NCBI GenBank assembly: GCA_964248365.1
Contig: CAXTYC010000013.1
Location: 1-64,000, forward strand
DNA length: 64,000 nt
Origin: an uncultured Chroococcidiopsis sp.
GTDB taxonomy: Bacteria > Cyanobacteriota > Cyanobacteriia > Cyanobacteriales > Chroococcidiopsidaceae
Direction: 5' to 3'
Shown: piece after piece, positions 48,277 to 57,960 of the stretch
Layout: each line of letters begins with the position of its first letter
Numbering within the stretch: position 1 is the stretch's first letter
Position numbers and translations under genes: made by a program
The notes under the pieces: model-generated
The model's database searches: none
Seen by the model: only the letters and a program-made list of their open reading frames with translations
What the model was told of the DNA's origin: nothing

Positions 48277-48464
48277 ACTTCTGCAACAGGTGGGAAAAGG
48301 GGAATCAGTTACCAGTTACCAGTTAAAAGAAAAGAGGTATTGCGGTAAAGAAATATTGCGGTAAAGAGGTATTGCGGTAAAAGGGAAAAGGGTATTTCCT
48401 CCCCTTTTCCCCCTCTCCCCCTCTCCCTACTCCCTACTTCCTACTCCCTATTTCAAGGGGTTTG

Positions 48465-49307
48465 TTATCGAGCTAACAAGACGGGGCATTTAGCATTTAC
48501 TCGGACGTAATCTGATAAAGAAGCCCCCAGCAGTCGGTCTAGATCGACAAAACTCTTGGCAACAGAGGGACGGCGATCAGGAGAACCGAGTATTAACAAA
48601 TCTACACCAAGCTCATCTGCTAAACGGCAGATTTCTTCGCCAGGTCTGCCACTAGTGGTAACACAGCGCGGTTGTACGCCTTGTTTTTTCACTTGTGCGA
48701 TCGCTGGTGCTAAAACTGGATCTTGTTCCGCCGTCGCTAGGGACACCTCTCCAGGTTTTCCCCCTAAATCTTTGTTGACGTGGACTAAAATTAACTGACC
48801 TCCCTTGATATCTCGCAAAAGTGATAGTGCTAGGTTCAAGCACTGCTTAGCTGGGTCAGAACCATCAAAAGCAACCATCAAACGGTTCACTTTTTTGACG
48901 TAAACATCGTCCTTAACTAGCAGCATTGGGCGAGAGGACAACTGAAAAACGTATTGACTGACTGAATTAGATAAAATTGCTTGCAGTCGTTTTAGTCCTC
49001 TTGAACCCATAATAATTAAGTCTGCTTCGATTTCATCGGCTACTTGACAGACTACATCCTTGGGTTCTCCTTGTCGCAGAATTGCAGAAACATTGTTTGG
49101 ATCTAAATCCAAATATTGAATAGCATTAGCTATAATCTTGCCTCCCTCTTCCCACTTCGCTGTCATGTTTGCGGCGGTAGTTTGGGCAGGAACTACGTGC
49201 AAAACTGTAACATTTGCCTGTTGAATCGATGGTAGTTCCTTCAAATTCTTAAGCATTTCTTCTGCGTGTCCCAATCCTGAGACAGCAAGCAAAATTTTTT
49301 TTATCAT
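48465..49307 (-). CDS. tandem universal stress protein
   Basis: two USP domains: KKILLAV..IIMGSRG..SVS and LMVAFDGS..LILGS. Confidence 0.92.
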   Translation of the reverse strand: MIKKILLAVSGLGHAEEMLKNLKELPSIQQANVTVLHVVPAQTTAANMTAKWEEGGKIIANAIQYLDLDPNNVSAILRQGEPKDVVCQVADEIEADLIIMGSRGLKRLQAILSNSVSQYVFQLSSRPMLLVKDDVYVKKVNRLMVAFDGSDPAKQCLNLALSLLRDIKGGQLILVHVNKDLGGKPGEVSLATAEQDPVLAPAIAQVKKQGVQPRCVTTSGRPGEEICRLADELGVDLLILGSPDRRPSVAKSFVDLDRLLGASLSDYVRVNAKCPVLLAR

Positions 49308-49971
49308 TGCTACAGTCCGTTTTGAGTTCAGCTTTGTTTCTGACTTAGTAATTGTTTAGGATTTGCTTTTTCTAGTAAGCAAAGGGCAGCTTAACTGTGA
49401 AGTTAACTGAGCTTCATTTCTTATTTAGCATACCTTCAAATTTGCTATATAAATTTGAATAATTGTTATCTTATTTAAACAAAAATAAATTAAATTTTGT
49501 TTAAATTACTTTAAAATCAATAAATATAATTAAAGTTATAAAAAAATTATATGTAAATAATGATTTTTTAAATTGTAAGATAGACATAGCTAGTCCTAGT
49601 TAGAAATCTGAAGACCTACGACCCACGACACAAGAGTGTGACTTGCAATTGATAACTGATAACTGATAACTGGTAACTGATTTCCCCCTTTCCCCAAATT
49701 TATCAATGTAGCTAAGCGCAGAGCCAGCTTTAATCACCCCTCATTAGACAGATAACGTCAGCAAAGTGTAGTGCTAAGCAAAAAAATCTTACTTTAGTAG
49801 GAATTTTAGCTATTTATTAATCTTTGCTTAATGCAGTATTACGTTTTCCCAGATTGGAGTTAAACTCGAAGTAAGTACCTCCTCCACAGGTATCAAGAAG
49901 CTGTACCCTGATGATGTTAGGGATAACAGCTAATCCCTTTATCTATAAAAGGTGTGAGGATAAGAGGAAAT

Positions 49972-51822
49972 ATGTCTAAGATCTTGTGGAAAACCCTACT
50001 GCTAAGCCCAGCTGTTTTATGTGCAACTGCTGTTTCTTCTTCAGCTATAGCTGCGACTCCAACAACAGAAGCTTTGCAGCCTAAAGTAGCATCAGGGGAT
50101 TTAAATGTTGCTATTAAATCCCAACAGCCAAAAATAGTCAATACGGCACAGTCGCTAGTGGCTCAAATGCCGCAAACGGCAACAGAAAATCCTGCCGCAA
50201 CGTCAACAACTGGGGCAACTTCCCCCGCCTCGCCGTCGGTTGACACTTTGGACGAAGTTAACCGCTACAGTAACGAAGGCAAAGGAAATAGCGCAAATAA
50301 CACAGTAGCTCAAGTGACATCGGTTTCCCAGCTGTCGGACGTGCAACCAACAGACTGGGCATTCCAGGCACTGCAATCACTAGTAGAGCGCTACGGCGTA
50401 ATCGCAGGTTATCCAGATGGCACATTCCGGGGTAACAGAGCGATGACTCGTTATGAGTTTGCAGCTGGTTTGAATGCGGCACTTGATCGAGTGAATGAAT
50501 TAATTGCTGCGGGTAGTGCTGATGCAGTGCGTAAAGAAGACTTAGCTACCCTGCAACGGTTGCAAGAAGAATTTGCGGCTGAATTGGCAACCCTACGCGG
50601 TCGGGTAGATGCCTTAGAAGCAACAACGGCACAGTTGGAAGCAAATCAGTTTTCGACTACTACCAAGCTGGTGGGTGAAGCCATTGCAGCGGTTACAGAT
50701 CGCTTTGGGAATGGCAGCAACCATAACACTGTCTTTCAAGATAGGGTGCGCTTAGATTTACAAACTAGCTTCTTTGGGAAAGATATCTTACACACCCGTC
50801 TAGCAACTGGTAACGCTCGTCCGTTCAATTTACTCCGAAATAATCAGACGACATTTGAAGGTACTCAAACCTTCCAAATACAGCCTGATAATACCTTCAG
50901 CAACAGTGTGAAGATTGACTGGGCAGCGTATGACTTCCCACTGTTTGGTGAATCAAGAGGTTACGTCGCCGCAGCAGGAGGAATTCATAGCGATTACGCT
51001 CCTACCGTCAATCCATACTTTGAAGACTTTGATGGCGGTCGGGGCGCGCTGTCTGCGTTTGCTTCAGAAAACCCCATCTACCGGATTGGTGGTGGTTCTG
51101 GTGCAGCCGTGAACTTATCTTTAGGTAAAGGTGGCATTTTAAGACCTACTTCGCTTACTATAGGTTACTTGGCGGATAATGCTAGTCTCCCAGGCAGAAA
51201 CTTTGGTCTATTCAATGGTGACTATGCGGCGCTGGGACAATTGAATTTTAGTTTCGGCGATCGCGTTTCCCTCGCCGCCACCTATGTTCACGGTTATCAC
51301 AATGCGGGTGACGGAATTTACGATATTGGTGGTTCTTTTAGTTCTAGCAACCAATCTACTGGTCCAATTGTCGGTACGGCTTTTGCAAATAACCCAGGCT
51401 CTCTAGTAGCTGGACGTGCAGTACCACTGGTCACTAACTCCTATGGTGTTGAGGCTGCTTTCCGCCTGAGCGATAAAATCTCAATTAGTGGTTTCGGCGC
51501 TTACACTAACGCCACACTTATCGGTCGCGGTAATGGTGATATCTGGACTTATGGCGCTGGGATAGCTTTACCTGACTTTGGTAAACAAGGGAACCTGTTG
51601 GGGCTTTTCGCTGGGGTAGAACCAACTCTCAGAAGTCTTACTGCTCCTGGTGTTGCTAACTTTAGCCGCGACTACGGGATTCACGTTGAAGGCTTCTACC
51701 GATATCAGCTGACAGATAACATCTCGATTACACCTGGTGTGATCTGGTTAACTGCGCCTGGTCAAAATGAAAATAATGCCGACGCAGTCATCGGTACACT
51801 CAGAACAACTTTCAACTTCTAA
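49972..51822 (+). CDS. SLH-domain outer-membrane porin (SomA / iron-uptake porin family)
   Basis: QVTSVSQLSDVQPTDWAFQAL, GYPDGTFRG, FSTTTKL, C-terminal GTLRTTFNF; ATG 49972 after GAGGA. Confidence 0.93.
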   Translation: MSKILWKTLLLSPAVLCATAVSSSAIAATPTTEALQPKVASGDLNVAIKSQQPKIVNTAQSLVAQMPQTATENPAATSTTGATSPASPSVDTLDEVNRYSNEGKGNSANNTVAQVTSVSQLSDVQPTDWAFQALQSLVERYGVIAGYPDGTFRGNRAMTRYEFAAGLNAALDRVNELIAAGSADAVRKEDLATLQRLQEEFAAELATLRGRVDALEATTAQLEANQFSTTTKLVGEAIAAVTDRFGNGSNHNTVFQDRVRLDLQTSFFGKDILHTRLATGNARPFNLLRNNQTTFEGTQTFQIQPDNTFSNSVKIDWAAYDFPLFGESRGYVAAAGGIHSDYAPTVNPYFEDFDGGRGALSAFASENPIYRIGGGSGAAVNLSLGKGGILRPTSLTIGYLADNASLPGRNFGLFNGDYAALGQLNFSFGDRVSLAATYVHGYHNAGDGIYDIGGSFSSSNQSTGPIVGTAFANNPGSLVAGRAVPLVTNSYGVEAAFRLSDKISISGFGAYTNATLIGRGNGDIWTYGAGIALPDFGKQGNLLGLFAGVEPTLRSLTAPGVANFSRDYGIHVEGFYRYQLTDNISITPGVIWLTAPGQNENNADAVIGTLRTTFNF

Positions 51823-51858
51823 GTTCAAAGGTGATCGGCTTGTAATTGTGACTATCAT

Positions 51859-51884
51859 ACCCCGCTTTCAAAGCGGGGTTTTTT
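51859..51884 (+). terminator. intrinsic terminator after the porin
   Basis: CCCCGCTTTCAAAGCGGGG followed by TTTTTT. Confidence 0.85.
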
Positions 51885-51960
51885 GTACAAAGCTAATACC
51901 AGTTACCAGTACCAGTTACCGCTAAAAGCTAAAAGCGTTCTCCAACAGCTAAAATAGTAC

Positions 51961-51988
51961 AAACCCCAGTGGAGAAGTGGGGTATAAT
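51961..51988 (+). promoter_or_regulatory. pseudo-palindromic operator overlapping a TATAAT box upstream of the Rrf2 gene
   Basis: ACCCCA-GTGGAGAAG-TGGGGT, with TATAAT at 51983-51988. Confidence 0.5.
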
Positions 51989-52112
51989 AAAAGAAAGCTT
52001 ACTATAGCAAATTGTTTTCATAAGTCATTCTAAGTAAAGTGAACAATAAAAGAGAAAATCACTTAATTGGGCATGACAAAGTACTAATCACCTTTAGCGT
52101 TTGATCTAGCTT

Positions 52113-52550
52113 GTGGAACTTTCATGTAAATGTGAATATGCCCTGCTTGCTCTGTTAGAATTGGCAACTCACTACCAGAACGGTGAACCGCTGCAAATTC
52201 GCCAAATTGCAGCACAACAAAACATCCCAGATCGCTATTTGGAGCAGCTGTTAGCAACTTTAAGGCGTGGGGGTGTGGTTAAGAGCCAACGCGGAGCAAA
52301 GGGAGGTTATGTTTTGGCGCGAGAACCCTGGAAAATTAATCTGCTAGAAGTTTTGACTTGTTTAGAGGGTTTGGACGCTAGAGTATCTGAAGAAGAAGCC
52401 AATCCTAAAACCGTAGAGAGTGCAGTAGTGCAGGAAATCTGGCTTGAAGCACGGCAAGCGGCTAACTTAGTATTACAAAAATATACGCTGCAAAATCTAT
52501 GTGAGCAGCGAACAGCTAGACGGCAGTTAGATTTTATGTACTACATCTAA
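52113..52550 (+). CDS. Rrf2-family regulator, CymR-like
   Basis: YA..AL.ELA, YLEQLL..LRR.G.VKS.RGAKGGY.L; no IscR triple-Cys; ends in FMYYI. Confidence 0.85.
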   Translation: MELSCKCEYALLALLELATHYQNGEPLQIRQIAAQQNIPDRYLEQLLATLRRGGVVKSQRGAKGGYVLAREPWKINLLEVLTCLEGLDARVSEEEANPKTVESAVVQEIWLEARQAANLVLQKYTLQNLCEQRTARRQLDFMYYI

Positions 52551-52753
52551 GGGTTAAAGAAAAAGGATGAAGGATGAAGGATAAAGGGAAAAGGGGAAAG
52601 AGGTATTGCCCGAAAGGGTAAAGAGGTATTGCGGTAAAGGGAAAGAATTAATATTCTGTCTCCTGACTCCTGACTCCTTCACTGTTCATACTTCATACTT
52701 CACACTTCACACTTCGCGCTTTCACACTTGACACTTGACAATTTTTTTAAACT

Positions 52754-53716
52754 ATGCGTATTGCACAAGATATTACCCAATTAGTTGGTCGTACTCCTTT
52801 AGTACAACTCAATCGTATTCCTCAAGCCGAGGGTTGTGTAGCTCGGATCGTGGTGAAACTGGAGAGCATGAACCCAGCAGCTTCCGTCAAGGATCGGATT
52901 GGCGTTAGTATGATTAATGCGGCGGAGCAAGAGGGTTTGATTACCCCAGGCAAGACGATTTTAGTTGAACCTACTTCAGGAAATACAGGTATTGCCTTGG
53001 CAATGGCGGCAGCGGCAAAGGGGTATAAGTTAATTTTGACGATGCCGGAGACAATGAGTTCTGAACGTCGAGCTATGTTACGGGCTTATGGGGCGGATCT
53101 GGAACTAACATCAGGAATTGAGGGCATGAGCGGCGCAATTAGACGAGCGCAGGCGATCGCAGAAACAATGCCCAATGCTTATATGTTGCAACAATTTCGC
53201 AACCCAGCTAACCCCCAAGTTCACCGACAGACAACAGCCGAAGAAATCTGGGAGGATACAGACGGACAAGTTGATATTATGGTAGCGGGGATTGGTACTG
53301 GTGGCACACTCACAGGAGTGGCAGAGGTAATCAAAGCTCGAAAACCGAGTTTTCAAGCGATCGCCGTTGAACCAGCCAATAGTCCAGTTTTATCTGGAGG
53401 TCGCCCAGGACCCCATAAAATTCAGGGGATTGGTGCTGGCTTTGTGCCGCAAGTCCTCAAAGTTGACTTAATTGACGAAGTGATTACCGTCACTGATGAT
53501 GAATCGATCGCTTATGGTAGGCGCTTAGCAAGAGAAGAAGGGCTATTATCTGGAATTTCGAGCGGAGCCGCTTTATATGCCGCAATTCAAGTTGCTCAGC
53601 GTCCAGAAAATGAGGGCAAGTTAATTGTAATGATTCAGCCCAGCTTTGGTGAACGTTACCTAAGTACACCATTGTTTCAAGATTTGGAGCCAAAGCAGCC
53701 AGCTACTGTTAGTTAA
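52754..53716 (+). CDS. cysK: cysteine synthase A
   Basis: [39 protein letters not shown]. Confidence 0.97.
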   Translation: MRIAQDITQLVGRTPLVQLNRIPQAEGCVARIVVKLESMNPAASVKDRIGVSMINAAEQEGLITPGKTILVEPTSGNTGIALAMAAAAKGYKLILTMPETMSSERRAMLRAYGADLELTSGIEGMSGAIRRAQAIAETMPNAYMLQQFRNPANPQVHRQTTAEEIWEDTDGQVDIMVAGIGTGGTLTGVAEVIKARKPSFQAIAVEPANSPVLSGGRPGPHKIQGIGAGFVPQVLKVDLIDEVITVTDDESIAYGRRLAREEGLLSGISSGAALYAAIQVAQRPENEGKLIVMIQPSFGERYLSTPLFQDLEPKQPATVS

Positions 53717-53733
53717 CGCGCTTCATTGATTGA

Positions 53734-54492
53734 ATGGTTATTTCAAATCACTACGAAACTCTACGTATTGATCCCAATGCCAGCCAAGCCGAGATAAAAT
53801 CTGCCTATCGCCGCTTGGTGAAATTATTTCATCCTGACAGCAATCAGGAAACAGCAGATCACGAACAGATTATTCGGATCAATGCTGCTTATGAGGTGTT
53901 GGGTGATGCTTACAGTCGTTCCTCATATGATCGACAACTACGTCTTGACAACGGGCGATCGCCCAGTCAAACAGAGGTACGCCATCAACAGCAACAGCGT
54001 ACAACTGCCCCTTCTCAACCTGCGGCGCCAGCCGACTGGCGCGGCGCGCCCCGTCAAGCTCAATACCAAGCCTCTCGTCCCAACGGAAGAGAAGCTGACG
54101 AACAACTAGAAAAATGGGTACACCAAGTTTATCAACCTGTCAACCGTTTGCTGTGTCGTATTCTCAATTCCCTAGAACAGCAGATTGAAACCTTGGCGGC
54201 TGATCCGTTTGATGATGAACTGTTGGAAGAATTTCAGACTTACATAGAAAGTTGCCGAGACTGGCTTAGACAAGCTCAAAGAACTTTCCGTTCCATGCCA
54301 AATCCTCCCAGTGTAGCAGGAGCCGCAGCTCACCTCTATTACTGCCTAAATCAGATAGCAGATGGGCTAGATGAGTTAGAGTACTTTCCACTCAACTACG
54401 ATGAGCGATATTTGCACATGGGTCAAGAAATGTTTCGGATTGCCAATGGATTGCATTGCGAAGCACAAGAATCAGTCGAGGCGATCGCTTAA
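53734..54492 (+). CDS. J-domain (DnaJ class C) protein
   Basis: HY..L..., IKSAYRRL...HPD, INAAYEVL.D...R..YD. Confidence 0.9.
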   Translation: MVISNHYETLRIDPNASQAEIKSAYRRLVKLFHPDSNQETADHEQIIRINAAYEVLGDAYSRSSYDRQLRLDNGRSPSQTEVRHQQQQRTTAPSQPAAPADWRGAPRQAQYQASRPNGREADEQLEKWVHQVYQPVNRLLCRILNSLEQQIETLAADPFDDELLEEFQTYIESCRDWLRQAQRTFRSMPNPPSVAGAAAHLYYCLNQIADGLDELEYFPLNYDERYLHMGQEMFRIANGLHCEAQESVEAIA

Positions 54493-54496
54493 AGAG

Positions 54497-54696
54497 GGGC
54501 TGGGGGCTAGGGGCTAGGGGCTAGGGAACTATGAAGTATAAAGGATGAAGTTTGAAGGATGTACAAGGGAGCGTTCCCCAAGGGTAGGATGAAGTGTGAA
54601 ATTTTAACCTTTATCCTTTAACATGAGCGCCTTTTCCCTTTCCCCTTTTTCCTTTTTCTAACCTCTAGCCCCCAGCCCCCAGCCTCTAGCCCCTAG
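54497..54696. repeat. STRR-like heptamer blocks arranged as a nested inverted pair
   Basis: GGGGCTA repeats and ATGAAGG repeats, then CCTTTTC and TAGCCCC repeats. Confidence 0.85.
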
Positions 54697-54743
54697 TTTG
54701 GTAGGATAAGTTTACACAAGTTAACATACTGCTGCCCAAGCCC

Positions 54744-55616
54744 ATGCAATGTATCGTCAATCGTCGCGCTCAATTTTCAGCCAGCCATAGGTATTGGTTG
54801 CCAGAACTGAGCGAAGCACAGAACATTCAGAAATTTAGCTTATGCTCCCGCTTTCCCGGACACGGACATAATTATGTCTTGTTCGTATCCATAGCAGGAG
54901 AGTTAGACGAATATGGCATGGTGCAGAACCTGTCTACAGTCAAACAAGTGATCAAGCGGGAAGTAACTAGCCAGCTTGATTTTTCCTATCTCAACGACGT
55001 GTGGACAGAATTTCAAGAAACGCTGCCTACAACCGAAAACATCGCTAGAGTAATCTGGCAAAGGCTTGCACCTCACCTACCACTAGTCAAAATACAGCTA
55101 TTTGAACATCCAGAACTTTGGGCAGAATATCAAGGGAACAGCATGGAAGCATATCTTACTATTAGCACTCACTTTAGCGCCGCTCATCGGCTAGCTCATC
55201 CTGATCTGAGCGGGGAAGAAAACGCCGAGATTTACGGTAAATGCGCTCGTCCTAATGGTCATGGTCACAACTACCACTTAGAAGTAACCGTTAAAGGTGA
55301 AATTCACCCTCGCACGGGTATGATTGTCGATTTAGGTGCTTTGCAAAAGGTAATTGACGATTTGGTAGTTGAACCTTTTGACCATACTTTCTTAAACAAG
55401 GACATTCCCTATTTTGCCCAAGTTGTTCCCACTGCTGAAAACATTGCACTTCACATTTCTAACTTGCTGCAACAGCCAATTCGGGAACTAGGAGCAGAAT
55501 TACATAAAATTAAGCTAATTGAAAGTCCGAATAACTCCTGTGAGATTTACTGCACTCCATCAAATTCAGCTTCAGTTAATACAGCCGCAAGTGAACCAGT
55601 GTTGACGGGCGTGTAG
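54744..55616 (+). CDS. queD: tandem-domain 6-carboxytetrahydropterin synthase / PTPS
   Basis: two domains, each with FSA.H, C....GHGHNY and PT.ENIA. Confidence 0.85.
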   Translation: MQCIVNRRAQFSASHRYWLPELSEAQNIQKFSLCSRFPGHGHNYVLFVSIAGELDEYGMVQNLSTVKQVIKREVTSQLDFSYLNDVWTEFQETLPTTENIARVIWQRLAPHLPLVKIQLFEHPELWAEYQGNSMEAYLTISTHFSAAHRLAHPDLSGEENAEIYGKCARPNGHGHNYHLEVTVKGEIHPRTGMIVDLGALQKVIDDLVVEPFDHTFLNKDIPYFAQVVPTAENIALHISNLLQQPIRELGAELHKIKLIESPNNSCEIYCTPSNSASVNTAASEPVLTGV

Positions 55617-55645
55617 GCAATACGGTCAGGTGGGCAATGCCCACC

Positions 55646-56635
55646 CTACAAGATACGACGGGCTGAGTATCGTAAATATCTATAAATTCCCCAAGCTAGC
55701 AGTCCTGGTATTAAATTACCTAAGCTGCGACTAAATATAAACCACAAAACATCAGGGTAAAACAGTTGGGATAAACTCAAAGAGCTAAGATTTCTTGCTA
55801 GAAGGAAAAAACCCAATAGGGCATTACCACCCAGCATGAGGGCAAATAGCACTAAACCGAACTGCCAGTAACGGTGGATAGGTGTAAGACCAGAAATTAG
55901 GAGAATGGGGGGCTTTCTCTGCACTCTTCGTAGCAGTCCCTCCAGTCGCCAAAACATCCACAGCAGAAACGGAAATAAACCGTAACTTAAAAAATGCAGT
56001 GGTGGCGAATAACGCCAGGACGTAGAGAAAACATTAACTAGGGCGTGACAAATTACAGCATTTACCCAAGCCCTACCAGATCCTCTGTTCCTAGCAAGAG
56101 CATAACCCCAAGGAGCAGAAAACAAGGCGTGTACCAATGTTCCTATCGCGCGATCGCTCACCCCAGCCATATCGTTGCTAAGATAAACCCAGTTTTCCTG
56201 TGCCGTGAATCCTAGTGCGATCGCAATCGTCAACATAAATATAGTTGACAAACGTGATCTTGTGTGATAATGAGGGTAATGAAGGAGGCGATCGCTATAT
56301 AGAAATAACACCATACCGCCCAACTTGCAGCCTTCTTCAATTGCACCAACTTCCACCACTTGACGTAGGGCAACTCCAGCTAGCGATCGAGTGATTCTAT
56401 CCCAATTTACCCACCGATTAGCTAAATACTCAAATCCCCACTCCAAACCCAGTGCTACAAAACCTGATAGCGCCCCTACACCGAAGCATAGTAGCAAATG
56501 AAGTAGAGGCGGTCGAGGCAAAACGCGGCGATAGTAGTAGACAAGCAGTAACACAGGGGGAACGACTGCCCAGAATAATTGATATAGCAGGGATTCGGTA
56601 GGGGCGCTCTTTAAACGAGTTATCTGGAGGTTCAC
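55646..56635 (-). CDS. PrsW-family intramembrane metalloprotease; 5' end disrupted by a repeat
   Basis: IEEGCK, GFTAQEN, HALF, HALVN. Confidence 0.8.
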   Translation of the reverse strand: MNLQITRLKSAPTESLLYQLFWAVVPPVLLLVYYYRRVLPRPPLLHLLLCFGVGALSGFVALGLEWGFEYLANRWVNWDRITRSLAGVALRQVVEVGAIEEGCKLGGMVLFLYSDRLLHYPHYHTRSRLSTIFMLTIAIALGFTAQENWVYLSNDMAGVSDRAIGTLVHALFSAPWGYALARNRGSGRAWVNAVICHALVNVFSTSWRYSPPLHFLSYGLFPFLLWMFWRLEGLLRRVQRKPPILLISGLTPIHRYWQFGLVLFALMLGGNALLGFFLLARNLSSLSLSQLFYPDVLWFIFSRSLGNLIPGLLAWGIYRYLRYSARRIL

Positions 56636-56662
56636 AAGTATATCTGATCAACCCGCCCGTAC
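56598..56662. repeat. 65-bp REP-like element at the prsW start
   Basis: homologous to 44247-44310, sharing TCTGGAGGTTCACAAGTAT and AACCCGCCCGTAC. Confidence 0.85.
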
Positions 56663-56794
56663 TAGGAAGTAGGGATTCGGGAGTAGTAACCATTCGTCCC
56701 AAGCTGAGCCTGTCCTAACTCTTTTCCCTGGCTGAGCCTGGGACTAGAATAATGAGGCTTTGCCTCAACACAGATACTGATGCTTCGATGTGAC

Positions 56795-57709
56795 TTACGC
56801 CACCTGAGCAACAAGGGTGCGATGGCGATGGGTGTTGCTAGTGATACTAGGAGCTTTAAAACCCGCTTCAACCAATGCCTGGGTAATATCCAATGTGAAA
56901 TACTGATCTAGATACGGCTCAGTACTTTTAAGTAACGTTAAAATGTAGGGAGGCATTTTGGTATAAATTTCGGACTGGGGATTCATGTCCATAATTGCCA
57001 AATGCCCACCAGAACGCAGCAACCGCCGCGCTTCACCCAAAATCTGCCGTGTTGCTGACTGCGGTAGTTCGTGACACACCAGAAAAATTGAGACTAAATC
57101 AAATGACGCATCAGGTAAACCTGTCGTTTCAGCTGCTGCGTGTACCCAGTTGATGTCAGCGTTACGTTGCTGTGAGTTGTAGTGAGCAACGGCGAGAAAA
57201 TAGGGTGACAAGTCTAAACCAGTAATTTTCGCCTGCGGATAAACCGCTTGCAGGGCAAATGTACTCATCCCCACACTGCATCCTATATCTAGGATATCTT
57301 GTGGCTGCTTAGCAATTTGGCTAGTGAGGATATCGTGGTAACTCGAACGCAATCTAGGATCGCCATCAGCTCCAGTATCTTGCCAAATTCCGGCATGAAC
57401 AGCATAAGCGGCTACTTCTACCTCTAAAGCAGCATCCCAGCTAAGATTACCTTTTTCGTAGGCGTGGAATGAGCAGCAGTAGTAATCTGGGTATGTTAGC
57501 TGAGGATTTTGTACCTGATTTAAATGACTTTCCCAATCTTGCTTACGCAACTCCTGCACTGTTTTCGTCCAGGGTACTCCGATTTTCTCAGCTCGCTTAA
57601 TCATCATTTGACGCGCTTGATGCTTAGCAAGGTTGGCTAAAGGCTTGATCCCTAGCACTGTGTTAACCAAGCGTGAAGTTACCCCAGTTGCAGTTTGTAC
57701 AGCAGTCAT
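56795..57709 (-). CDS. class I SAM-dependent methyltransferase
   Basis: ILDIGCSVG, GLDLSPYFL, FDLVS, HELP; FHAY..GNL.W..A.E. Confidence 0.9.
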   Translation of the reverse strand: MTAVQTATGVTSRLVNTVLGIKPLANLAKHQARQMMIKRAEKIGVPWTKTVQELRKQDWESHLNQVQNPQLTYPDYYCCSFHAYEKGNLSWDAALEVEVAAYAVHAGIWQDTGADGDPRLRSSYHDILTSQIAKQPQDILDIGCSVGMSTFALQAVYPQAKITGLDLSPYFLAVAHYNSQQRNADINWVHAAAETTGLPDASFDLVSIFLVCHELPQSATRQILGEARRLLRSGGHLAIMDMNPQSEIYTKMPPYILTLLKSTEPYLDQYFTLDITQALVEAGFKAPSITSNTHRHRTLVAQVA

Positions 57710-57839
57710 GAGTCAATTTCTAAAACAACTTTTTTAATTATTTTGACAGGTAGTAGGGACAGGGAGGATTAATATTATTGTTTAATAACTAACATTCCTG
57801 ACAAACCTGCCCCTACAGTAAATGTACGCATCATTTACA

Positions 57840-57960
57840 AGACCTCCTACATGAATCCGTTTTATCCATTAGGGTAGGGGCGGGTTTATTAAAAAGCTTC
57901 GATTTTCACACAGTATTTCGGTTAAACCCGCCCTTACAAATATATTCGTGCAGGAGGTCT
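57840..57960. mobile_element. MITE-like element carrying a REP-like hairpin
   Basis: 17-bp inverted ends AGACCTCCTACATGAAT / ATTCGTGCAGGAGGTCT (15/17) around GTAGGGGCGGGTTT...AAACCCGCCCTTAC. Confidence 0.7.
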
